From positions 83,910 to 147,909 of the forward strand of contig NIVC01002708.1 in NCBI GenBank assembly GCA_002269645.1: 64,000 bases of DNA. Reading direction: 5' to 3'. Origin of the DNA: Macrostomum lignano (Eukaryota). Below, one piece after another: positions 47,340 to 58,708 of this stretch. The stretch's first letter is position 1, and each line of letters starts with the position of its first letter. Under the pieces are notes generated by a model. It made no database searches. It saw only the letters and a program-made list of their open reading frames with translations, and had not been told where the DNA came from. A program made the position numbers and the translations under genes.

Positions 47340-48245
47340 GTCTCAGTCATTTAAGTGTGTCTCAGTCATCTCTCTTCGTCTGTCTAAGTGTGTCTCAGTC
47401 ATCTAAGTGTGTCTCAGTCATCTAAGTGTGTCTCAGTCATCTAAATGTGTCTCAGTCATCTAAGTGTGTCTCTTCGTCTGTCTAAGTGTGTCTCTTCGTC
47501 TGTCTAAGTGTGTCTCTTCGTCTGTCTAAGTGTGTCTCTTCGTCTGTCTAAGTGTGTCTCAGTCATCTAAGTGTGTCTCTTCGTCTGTCTAAGTGTGTCT
47601 CAGTCATCTAAGTGTGTCTCTTCGTCTGTCTAAGTGTGTCTCTTCGTCTGTCTAAGTGTGTCTCTTCGTCTGTCTAAGTGTGTCTCAGTCATCTCTCTTC
47701 GTCTGTCTAAGTGTGTCTCTTCGTCTGTCTAAGTGTGTCTCAGTCATCTCTCTTCGTCTGTCTAAGTGTGTCTCAGTCATCTCTCTTCGTCTGTCTAAGT
47801 GTGTCTCTTCGTCTGTCTAAGTGTGTCTCTTCGTCTGTCTAAGTGTGTCTCTTCGTCTGTCTAAGTGTGTCTCTTCGTCTGTCTAAGTGTGTCTCTTCGT
47901 CTGTCTAAGTGTGTCTCTTCGTCTGTCTAAGTGTGTCTCTTCGTCTGTCTAAGTGTGTCTCAGTCATCTAAGTGTGTCTCAGTCATCTAAGTGTGTCTCA
48001 GTCATCTAAGTGTGTCTCAGTCATCTAAGTGTGTCTCAGTCATCTAAGTGTGTCTCAGTCATCTAAGTGTATCTCTTCGTCTGTCTAAGTGTGTCTCAGT
48101 CATCTAAGTGTGTCTCAGTCATTTAAGTGTGTCTCTTCGTCTGTCTAAGTGTGTCTCAGTCATCTAAGTGTGTCTCAGTCATTAAAGTGTGTCTCTTCGT
48201 CTGTCTAAGCGTGTCTCAGTCATCTGACTAAGTGTGTCTCACTCG
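47340..48245. repeat. 19/22-bp compound minisatellite CTAAGTGTGTCTCAGTCAT / CTAAGTGTGTCTCTTCGTCTGT
   Basis: Direct reading, upstream of the PRPSAP ATG. Confidence 0.95.
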
Positions 48246-48997
48246 TGTCTCACTCATCTAGCTAAATGTGTCCAGTACTAGTCTACCTATACTAAACCCA
48301 GAACTTATAATGGACTAACACATCCGATTGCACAAAGACAAGCAAGGACGCAGAACAAACCATTGGAATGCTAAAAAATCTATATGAATATATTTATCAA
48401 TTAAAAAAAGTATTTTTTAGAAATCGTTATAAAATCTCATAAATCAAATAAAATTCAATGTGCAGACTACTTTAATTAGTTAACACACACGGGATCCATC
48501 ATTATCTAATCAGATGTAAAAATCGGACTCATATAGTATTAACTAACTAATTATTAGCAAAAATGCAATCAACAAATGAATAAAATATTCCAACTAATTA
48601 AAAAATTAAGACAGTTTAATTAATAGGCCAGAATAAAAAATAAATTGGAATTGCACAATTTGGAAGACAAAAAAGACTGTTAAAATCATTGAATCCAACA
48701 TATTTTGTTGACACGTGGTTTATCATCGAAATACTACTGCTACTACTTGACCAGCATAAGTAGTCAGTATGAATATTCTAGAAGATTTTTAGAAAATCAC
48801 AGGAATCATGTATAAATTATATTTGTCATTGTATCGGAAATCTGTTTAGGGAAAAGCTAGATTTTGATCTGCGAAAAATTATCCAGTTAAGGGTGAACAA
48901 TTTGAAATTGGGAATAAAACTACGATTGTATATGAATGATTAAAAATTCGTCACCTGGAGCAGTGCAAATCGGATTAGTGTAAATGTAGGTTAGCCA

Positions 48998-51900
48998 CTA
49001 TTTCGTCTTCAGTGGATCAAACTCGAAATCGGCGTCCATAGGACCGAAGCCGAGGCGCATCAGGTCTTGCTGCTGCTGCTGCTGCTGAGCAGAAGCAGAG
49101 GGCGCGGCGGCGGCGCTCGACGTTGTTGGCGGAACAAACGGAGCGCCAAAAAATGAATCTGAATTGAAGCCGCCCTGTTGCTGCTGCTGCTGCTGTGGAA
49201 ACGGATTCGGCGCTGGTCTGGACGGTGGCGGAGCAACGGTCTGCTGCTGCTGCTGCTGCACCGGAGCCCAAGACTGATCGGTGTCAAAGTCCAGTATGAC
49301 CTCCGGCTGAGGCTTGGCTGCGGATGTGGCGGAGGCAGTCTGCAACAGCGGCTTGGCAGGAGTTGTAGCGGCAGCAGAAGCAGCAACGGTGGCGGTTGCT
49401 GCGCCAGACGCAGACGGCCTTGTTGTTGGCTGGGCCGTGGCGTCTTCGGAGGGCTGCGAGGATGCAATGTTTCGTGTTTCAGTTAACTAGCAGTTATCAG
49501 TTTTAGGCTGGCTGGCTGGCTGACTGTCTAAATGACTGACTGTCTGAATGACTGACTGTCTGAATGACTGACTGACTGACTGACTGCCTGACTGACTGAC
49601 TGCCTGACTGACTGACTGACTGACTGACTGACTGACTGACTGACTGACTGCCTGACTGACTGACTGACTGCCTGACTGACTGACTGACTGACTGACTGAC
49701 TGACTGCCTGATTGACTGACTGACTGCCTGACTGACTGCCGGACTGACTGACTGACTGACTGCCTGACTGACTGACTGACTGACTGCCTGACTGACTGAC
49801 TGACTGACTGACTGACTGACTGACTGACTGACTGACTGACTGACTGACTGCCTGATTGACTGACTGACTGCCTGACTGACTGCCTGACTGACTGACTGAC
49901 TGACTGCCTGACTGACTGACTGACTGCCTGACTGACTGACTGACTGACTGACTGACTGCCTGACTGACTGACTGCCTGACTGACTGACTGACTGACTGAC
50001 TGACTGACTGACTGACTGGCTGGCTGACTGACTGACTGACTGACTGACTGACTGACTGACTGCCTGACTGACTGACTGACTGACTGACTGACTGACTGAC
50101 TGACTGACTGACTGACTGACTGACTGCCTGACTGACTGACTGACTGCCTGACTGACTGCCTGCCTGACTAACTGACTGACTGACTGGCTGACTGCCTGAC
50201 TGACTGACTGACTGGCTGACTGATTGACTGACTGACTGCCTGACTGACTGCCTGACTGACTGACTGACTGACTGCCTGACTGACTGACTGCCTGACTGAC
50301 TGACTGACTGACTGACTGACTGACTGCCTGACTGACTGACTGACTGACTGACTGCCTGACTGACTGACTGACTGACTGACTGCCTGACTGACTGACTGAC
50401 TGACTGACTGACTGACTGCCTGATTGACTGATTGAATGACTGACTGCCTGACTGGCTGACTGACTGACTGACTGACTGACTGCCTGATTGACTGATTGAC
50501 TGACTGACTGCCTGATTGACTGGCTGACTGACTGCCTGACTGACTGCCTGATTGACTGGCTGACTGACTGCCTGACTGACTGCCTGATTGACTGGCTGAC
50601 CGACTGCCTGACTGACTGACTGACTGCCTGACTGACTGGCTGACAAGCCAACCAATTAAAAGCAGTAAAAATGCAAAACATCTTTGCAAACAAAACCAAC
50701 TAATCATCAAAGCCCTTGGCTACAAAGCATAAATGAGACTCTTAAGTTACGCGTCTCACCTGAGTAACCATCGTATGCGGAGCCTTTGCGTCTCCGCCAA
50801 CGCCGCGAATCTCCGTGACCTCTGTGATGTTCAAAAGTCGCAGGAATTCGTTCAGCTTGTCGGCCGGCACCTGTTCGCTGAGCTGCTTCAGCCTGGACCG
50901 GTAGATGTCTACCTGCTCTTTTAGGCTCTGAAATAGCAGGCGATAGATTACAGATCCGTGATGTATATGGATGCTGTAGGATGGGGATTCTTCGGGTGCT
51001 GTAGGATGGGGATTCTTCGGGTGCTGTTGGGTGGGGATTCGGGGTGCTGTAGGGTGGGGATTCTTCGGGTGCTGTTGGGTGGGGATTCGGGGTGCTGTAG
51101 GATGGGGATTCTTCGGGTGCTGTAGGATGGGGATTCTTCGGGTGCTGTAGGATGGGGATTCTTCGGGTGCTGTTGGGTGGGGATTCGGGGTGCTGTAGGG
51201 TGGGGATTCTTCGGGTGCTGTTGGGTGGGGATTCGGGGTGCTGTAGGATGGGGATTCTTCGGGTGCTGTAGGATGGGGATTCTTCGGGTGCTGTAGGATG
51301 GGGATTCGGGGTGCTGTAGGGTGGGGATTCTTCGGGTGCTGTTGGGTGGGGATTCGGGGTGCTGTAGGATGGGGATTCATGGGCTGCTGTAGGATAGGGA
51401 TTCGGTGTGCTATAGGATGGGGATTCGGGGTGCTGTAGGGTGGGGATTCGGGGTGCTGTAGGGTGGGGATTCGGGGTGCTGTAGGGTGGGGATTCGGGGT
51501 GCTGTAGGGTGGGGATTCGGGGTGCTGTAGGGTGGGGATTCGGGGTGCTGTAGGATGGGGATTCGGGGTGCTGTAGGATGGGGATTCTTGGGGTGCTGTA
51601 GGGTGGGGATTCGGGGTGCTGTAGGGTGGGGATTCGGGGTGCTGTAGGATGGGGATTCGGGGTGCTGTAGGGTGGGGATTCGGGGTGCTGTAGGATGGGG
51701 ATTCGGGGTGCTGTAGGATGGGGATTCTTGGGGTGCTGTAGGGTGGGGATTCGGGGTGCTGTAGGATGGGGATTCGGGGTGCTGTAGGATGGGGATTCGG
51801 GGTGCTGTAGGGTGGGGATTCTTCGGGTGCTGTTGGGTGGGGATTCGGGGTGCTGTAGGATGGGGATTCATGGGCTGCTGTAGGATGGGGATTCGGGGTG

Positions 51901-53058
51901 CTGTAGGGTGGGGATTCTTCGGGTGCTGTTGGGTGGGGATTCGGGGTGCTGTAGGGTGGGGATTCTTCGGGTGCTGTTGGGTGGGGATTCGGGGTGCTGT
52001 AGGATGGGGATTCATGGGCTGCTGTAGGATAGGGATTCGGTGTGCTATAGGATGGGGATTCGGGGTGCTGTAGGGTGGGGATTCGGGGTGCTGTAGGGTG
52101 GGGATTCGGGGTGCTGTAGGGTGGGGATTCGGGGTGCTGTAGGGTGGGGATTCGGGGTGCTGTAGGATGGGGATTCGGGGTGCTGTAGGATGGGGATTCT
52201 TGGGGTGCTGTAGGGTGGGGATTCGGGGTGCTGTAGGGTGGGGATTCGGGGTGCTGTAGGATGGGGATTCGGGGTGCTGTAGGGTGGGGATTCGGGGTGC
52301 TGTAGGATGGGGATTCGGGGTGCTGTAGGATGGGGATTCTTGGGGTGCTGTAGGGTGGGGATTCGGGGTGCTGTAGGATGGGGATTCGGGGTGCTGTAGG
52401 ATGGGGATTTTTGGGGTGCTGTAGGGTGGGGATTCGGGGTGCTGTAGGATGGGGATTCGGGGTGCTATCGAGACACTCACCACTTTAGGTATCTTGCCCT
52501 CTTTAACGCGCATCTCGTAAGCCAAATCGAAGGCCTGATTAAGAGTCAGCACCATGTCGCGGGTCTGCAATATTAATAAGATAAATAATATATATAAAGT
52601 CACGATGCTCAAAGAATTCCAGTTTAGTATGCACTAACCTTGTTAATATCGTGTTTAAACAGCGTGCACTCGAACTCCGCTTTCTCAGCCGCTTTAGGCG
52701 GCGAAGTCTCGTACACAATAGCCAGGTAGTGCCGGTCAGCCGGGTCGCGGGCAATGTAGGAAATCTTCTCGATTGGCACCTTCATCAGGTGGGTCTTGGT
52801 CACCACCTCTTCGCCGCTGAATACCTCGATGCCCTGCACGGAGATGTGCACAGACACCATTGGCGCCTGCTTCACGCCGGACTCTTTGCGCCGAGATTTG
52901 CCTTCGCGCATTTTCTCGCTGGCCCGCTGAACAACGTGGATGCCTTTGGCCTCGGCGGCCGGGTACGTGCCCTCGAATTTGCACTGGAATGACACGCCGT
53001 CGCGTCGGCGAAGATCTTCGTCTGGGTAGAGGCGCTGACTGGATTGGGTGTCGGGCAT
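48998..53058 (-). CDS. ced-6: CED-6/GULP-like PTB-domain engulfment/endocytic adaptor, exons 53058-52639, 52564-52481, 50927-50760, 49453-48998 (~375 aa)
   Basis: PTB fold (GVSFQCKFEG...HISVQGIEV...IEKISYIARD...LAIV...FK...MVLTLNQAFDLAY), then a short coiled coil, then a Pro/Gln-rich tail with NPF and FDPL motifs. A possible micro first exon ATG-G at 54740-54737 adds M-A in frame. Assignment to CED-6 rather than another Dab/Numb-type PTB protein is by architecture. Confidence 0.75.
49508..50645. repeat. (GACT)n microsatellite, 1.1 kb
   Basis: Direct reading; ced-6 intron. Confidence 0.97.
50970..52466. repeat. 20/23-bp G-rich minisatellite GTGCTGTAGGGTGGGGATTCGGG
   Basis: 1.5 kb; ced-6 intron. 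Confidence 0.96.
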
Positions 53059-53162
53059 GGCTGCGGATGGAAGTTGCGGCAAAATTAACCGATTAGACTG
53101 TGCGCTAGTATAACAGTAACTGCACCTGCATGATTAGGCTGAGAAGAACAGATGGAAAATTG

Positions 53163-54642
53163 CGAGGGGAGGAATGAGAAAGAGAGGAGAGGGACGGGGA
53201 GGAGAGGGACGGGAAGAGAGGAGGGGGACGGGGAGGAGAGGGACGGGGAGGAGAGGGACGGGGAGGAGAGGGACGGGGAGGAGAGGGACGGGAAGAGAGG
53301 AGGGACGGGAAGAGAGGAGGGGGACAGGAAGAGAGGAGAGGGAAGAGAGGAGAGGGAAGAGAGGAGAGGGACGGGAAGAGAGGAGAGGGAAGAGAGGAGA
53401 GGGAAGAGAGGAGAGGGACGGGAAGAGAGGGACGGGAAGAGAGGAGAGGGAAGAGAGGAGAGGGACGGGAAGAGAGGAGAGGGACGGGAAGAGAGGAGAG
53501 GGAAGAGAGGAGAGGGAAGAGAGGAGAGGGACGGGAAGAGAGGAGGGGGACGGGAAGAGAGGAGAGGGAAGAGAGGAGAGGGAAGAGAGGAGAGTGACGG
53601 GGAGGAGAGGGACGGGAAGAGAGGAGAGGGAAGAGAGGAGAGGGACGGGAAGAGAGGAGAGGGACGGGAAGAGAGGAGAGGGAAGAGAGGAGAGGGACGG
53701 GAAGAGAGGAGAGGGAAGAGAGGAGAGGGACGAGGAGGAGAGGGACGAGGAGGAGAGGGACGGGAAGAGAGGAGAGGGACGGGGAGGAGAGGGACGGGAA
53801 GAGAGAGAGGGACGGGAAGAGAGGAGAGGGAAGAGAGGAGAGGGAAGAGAGGAGAGGGACGGGAAGAGAGGAGGGACGGGAAGAGAGGAGGGGGACGGGA
53901 AGAGAGGAGAGGGAAGAGAGGAGGGACGGGAAGAGAGGAGAGGGACGGGAAGAGAGGAGAGGGAAGAGAAGAGGGGGACGGGAAGAGAGGAGAGGGACGG
54001 GAAGAGAGGAGAGGGACGGGAAGAGAGGAGATGGACGGGAAGAGAGGAGAGGGAAGAGAGGAGAGGGACGGGAAGAGAGGAGAGGGAAGAGAGGAGAGGG
54101 ACGGGAAGAGAGGAGAGGGAAGAGAGGAGAGGGACGGGAAGAGAGGAGAGGGAAGAGAGGAGATGGACGGGAAGAGAGGAGAGGGAAGAGAGGAGAGGGA
54201 CGGGAAGAGAGGAGAGGGAAGAGAGGAGAGGGACGGGAGGAGAGGGACGGGAAGAGAGGAGAGGGACGGAAAGAGAGGAGAGGGACGGGAAGAGAGGAGA
54301 GGGAAGAGAGGAGGGGGACGGGAAGAGAGGAGAGGGACGGGAAGAGAGGAGAGGGAAGAGAGGAGATGGACGGGAAGAGAGGAGAGGGAAGAGAGGAGAG
54401 GGACGGGAAGAGAGGAGAGGGAAGAGAGGAGATGGACGGGAAGAGAGGAGAGGGAAGAGAGAAGAGGGACGGGAAGAGAGGAGAGGGAAGAGAGGAGAGG
54501 GACGGGAAGAGAGGAGAACGGAAAGAGAGGAGAGGATGGAGAAAGAGGAGGGATGAGGGAGAAAGGAGAGAGGAGTAAGAGAGGAGAGGGAGAGGCGGAG
54601 GGAGGTGAGAGGGGGAGAGGAGGGAAGGGAAAAGAGAGAGCC
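53163..54642. repeat. Polypurine (GGAGAGGGAAGAGA/GGAGAGGGACGGGAAGA) tract, 1.5 kb
   Basis: Almost pure A/G on +, upstream of the ced-6 first major exon. Confidence 0.96.
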
Positions 54643-55912
54643 AAATTATAGAGTAGAGGTTTAGGCCACATGTACTCAGAAAAACACAAATTAGTATTGA
54701 CGTTGCAAAAAACACAATATTTTAATTAGCTCTTACCCATGATTCAATATTTTACTTCTTAAATTTCTTTTTTTTTAATCATGAAAGGCACAGAAAATAA
54801 AACTATAAGACAATAAAAGCAACAAATATAACACTAATTATGACTAGCCTTATATACTCAGTTTATTTATACATGCTACATTACTAAGTTCTGAATTAAC
54901 CTTGATAACAAAAATACGAGAATAAATAACAAAAACGCGCATACGTGTATATATTGTAAAGATGTAACCTCTATATTTGTTTAAATATAACTGCTGTGAG
55001 ATTTTCATACACAAAAAGGCGCTTTACGCAAGGAAACCATGCAGTTTTAAAAGAGAAAGAAATCATTACAAAAATATTTATCATCTGTTCTTTTCTGTCG
55101 AACCAGACATTTAAAAATTGAAACATATCAGCCAAAATCTTAGATACTACTTAATCAGAGAAGTAGCATTTAAAAGTCTCGGTAATAATCTGGAAGAAAA
55201 AAAAGGACGGAAGCTACAGACAGAAACAAATTCTCCAATGAAATCTATTATTCTTGATATTATGAATACATAAACAGCTAGATAAACACAAAGGAAAAAT
55301 CTCTAGCTGAGTCTATTCATGTGTAAAAAGGCAACAATAGCAATAATTAGTAGATAATTCAGTCAGCTGAGTTCACTCAGTTTTCTATATTACGATTACA
55401 GGGGCACCATGGATGACCCTCAGGTCGCCAGGAAGACACGGCAAGGTTCAACTGAAATGCGACAGCCAATAATAGGAGCGATTGTAATATATTGTTGGGT
55501 GGCAACAAAAATTTTTCTACTTAATTTACTGATTTATTTATTAAGCTGCGGTTTTATATTTAAGATTAGATGATTAAAAGAAATCAAACTTGAGTGTCTC
55601 AATTGTACAGAAAGGAGAATTTCTCGTTTTGTTTGAAGTGTAATATGTTCAATTTTTTTGAATATTAAGTTGTTTTAATTTGCCATATTTTGTAACGGAT
55701 GTCCCCAAAGAGTATTATTTCTATTGACTCCTAGCTGTTCGGCAATCTTATGCCCTGATCTCTAGATTGAATATAGACAGAAATGAGCTTTGCGCACAGG
55801 CAAATGAAGGTCAGTGGCAGCATGTTCTGTATCGGATTACACCATGGGCTCAGGCGCTTTGTCTCTTTTAAAGCAACTTCTGTCGATTTTCAAGGACTTT
55901 CAATTGGCCATA

Positions 55913-56220
55913 GGGGTTGTAGCCCAGTGGTTAGAGCGTCGGACTCACGACTTGAAGGTCGGCGGTTCGATTCCCGATCCCACTGGAACAATTTGTGTCC
56001 TTAAGACACAAGAAGTGTCCGCAAGACACTTAACTCTGCATTGCTTCAGTTCCCCCAGCTGTAAAATGGGTGCCAGCATTAGCTGGGGTAATTGAGGATG
56101 TGTGGCGACCCCCCCCCCAGCCTTCAGATGCACCGCGCAATAGCTGCGGCTGAGCTGTCGGTTGCACATCTGCTCATTAGGGCAGGTGTAATCAATTGTT
56201 ATTTATTCCTAATTATTACT
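55913..56220 (+). mobile_element. tRNA-derived SINE with a MIR/CORE-like central domain (copy 2)
   Basis: Same head, core and tail as copy 1, with a small insertion/duplication in the core (gtgtccttaagacacaagaagtgtccgcaagacac). Confidence 0.85.
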
Positions 56221-56465
56221 CTAATTGGTTCCTTTTCTCTTCCGTGAATCAAGTTGATGATCCGATATGCGTCTGTTCTGTCTATGGCAAACTCCGGGAG
56301 CGCATTTAATTAAGGGAGTTTAATTGATACGCGCAATTGAAATCACAAAAAAACTATCAGAGTTGGAAGAATAGTATGCAAAAATAAATTTGTGTTTGGT
56401 TATGAATTGAACAATTCTCAATACTAGACTAATCTCGATCATTCAGCTTCAGTAATACACATGCA

Positions 56466-57752
56466 ATGACCAACACAATGAGCAGCAATAAAACGCAACA
56501 GGAACAACTGGAGACTCAATCTGCTTTCCGTCTGGACTTCTGCTCACCAGTTTATCTAAACAGCCTGCTCCGCCAACAGCACCTGCACTGGCTGGAGATT
56601 CATCAGCGGAGCAGGGACAGCTGTTCGATTGCCACAGTAACCCAGTTTCTATTCGTCATCCCAACCAACTTGGCTAATTTGATCTGCGTACTCGGCACCG
56701 AAGCTCCTCTGTTAAAAGCGCAGCTGGGCTGCCAGTTGCGCCGGGTTCGAACTCCGGACTACGTCGCTCCGGACGGCCTGCAGACGTTCAGCGTTGACTA
56801 TGCCGACGGAGGAGCGAGTGCGCACGCCAAATTTCTGGCCGCTTTGAATCGAATCTGCGTGCGTCTGCAGCTGACAAACATCTGCTTGGGACCGGCCGAC
56901 AGTCGCAGCTGCGGAGACACTACAGTCAATGGCGCCAGGTGCAGCGCCTGCGCCAAGGTGCGAACTCACACCAAGACTGTCCGTGGCGCCAGCGCTGCGC
57001 CCCGATTCCAGCGTCAACCGCTGCTCACGCCTCCGCCACCGTCGCAGTCGCAGCGACCAAAAACTGCAGACAAATCAAAAGAGAAAGCAGCCGCCGACCA
57101 AATGGCTGAAGCAGCAGCCAATGAAATTATGCACCGATTGCAGCTTGTCAACTCTGCTATCGACACCGCGGCTGTGGCAACGGCTTCCACTAGGGTGGCA
57201 CTGCGCCGCTGCGAAGACAAACTGATGGAAGCTGCGTTTGTCAAATTGCGTCTGCACGCTAGCGCTGTGAGCATCTTCTCTGACTGGGCAGGCCAGCTAA
57301 CGGACAGACTTATTGTCGGTTGCGCTGGCCTGCTAGCCAGAGCTGTCGCTTTGCGCCATGCCGCAGCCTCCGGCGTTGCTGACGCCGCAGTCGACGAGTT
57401 GATTCGTCTGGTGGCCACCGGGCCGCTCATCGCAGAGCTGGCCACAGTTGAAAGGACGCCGCTGTTCCGGGCTTGCCTGCTCTGCGACCTGCGCACCAGC
57501 CGTCAGCTGCTGTTGGACCAGCAGCCGTTGCGCCGTCGCTGTCCAGATTCGGCGCTGCCTACCAGCTCACCGTCAAGTCGCAGCGATGCGGCGTGGCCTG
57601 TCACGCATCGCTGCTTCAGCTGGCCGAAAGTGCCCGCGTTGCCAAGGACGCAAGCCTGGGCAGCCTACTGCTGCAAAAGATTGCCGCATTGCCTGTCTCA
57701 AATTCTTCGGGTCTGGCATTTTTCCAATCATAATATTCATCCCGCCTGTTAG
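56466..57752 (+). CDS. Intronless hypothetical protein, 428 aa
   Basis: Long non-repetitive GC-rich ORF in AT-rich flanks, with the same Ala-rich composition as true exons. AATAAA at 57859-57864. No confidently recognised domain. Confidence 0.65.
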   Translation: MTNTMSSNKTQQEQLETQSAFRLDFCSPVYLNSLLRQQHLHWLEIHQRSRDSCSIATVTQFLFVIPTNLANLICVLGTEAPLLKAQLGCQLRRVRTPDYVAPDGLQTFSVDYADGGASAHAKFLAALNRICVRLQLTNICLGPADSRSCGDTTVNGARCSACAKVRTHTKTVRGASAAPRFQRQPLLTPPPPSQSQRPKTADKSKEKAAADQMAEAAANEIMHRLQLVNSAIDTAAVATASTRVALRRCEDKLMEAAFVKLRLHASAVSIFSDWAGQLTDRLIVGCAGLLARAVALRHAAASGVADAAVDELIRLVATGPLIAELATVERTPLFRACLLCDLRTSRQLLLDQQPLRRRCPDSALPTSSPSSRSDAAWPVTHRCFSWPKVPALPRTQAWAAYCCKRLPHCLSQILRVWHFSNHNIHPAC

Positions 57753-58461
57753 CTGCTCCAGTTTAGCGGTAGCTGCAGTACATAAAAATTAGCTTTGTTT
57801 TGTTTTAATTTTAATAGACAAAGACTTTTTGCAGGATGCTATTTGCTGTAACTTGTTGAATAAAAGGTTGCATCGGACAAAATTTTCAGTAGATATTATA
57901 TTTTCATAAATACTTTATTACGCGTAACCTTCGTCACCAGCGTGAGTTTTCAGTTGCTAACCTACCAGAGCCAGCTATTTGTGTCAGTCGGTTCCGAGCA
58001 TAAGAAACTCCACCGATTATTTCCAAGCAATCGTCTTCAGTTAGCAACAAAGCAATTGTAAATGTGCGTGTTTGACCTAGCTGCTCACAACAATGGTTCA
58101 AACGGTGACTTTCGCATTCCATATTATAAATATATTATCTAGATAGTACAGTACACAGTGCTTATTTTGTTACAAAGCATTTCGACTTGAACGATTTAAA
58201 ATGAACTATATAAAATAGTCTAAAAGGCTTTCAGTAGATAGCTATGGACAAACCAATATTTTACTATCGATTAAACTTCAGTGCCACGTCCAAATCATTC
58301 ATTAGGCACTCTTTTAATCTGAATCCATACCTGCTGATCAATAATGATCATTAATTATCAATAGGCAATGCAGTGGGATACTGCAAGTCGACTGCCGACG
58401 ATTCAGGATAGGACTATTGTTGAAGTTTAGGTTATGATTCAGGTTAAAGCTGCTGTTTAGT

Positions 58462-58645
58462 TTAGGGTTTGGGATTAGGTTAGGGATTGGGATTAGGTTA
58501 GGGATTGGATTAGGTTAGGGATTGGGATTAGGTTAGGGATTGGGATTAGGTTAGGGATTGGGATTAGGTTTGGGATTGGGATTAGGTTAGGGATTGGGAT
58601 TAGGTTACGGTCTGGGATTAGGTTAGGGATTGGGATTAGGTTAGG
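58462..58645. repeat. 18-bp telomere-motif minisatellite GGGATTAGGTTAGGGATT
   Basis: ~10 copies, each with TTAGGG, downstream of FAIM. Confidence 0.92.
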
Positions 58646-58708
58646 GTAAGGACTAAATTTGCAGTCAATTTGTGGCAGTCAAATGTCACTGACAATCAAT
58701 TGCGCCAG

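Noticed and set aside
55913-55985. Possible functional tRNA gene (also 17255-17327)
   Set aside because: The acceptor and anticodon stems are imperfect, the two copies differ in the anticodon region, there is no oligo-T terminator, and both continue into a shared ~210-nt body. They are SINE heads.
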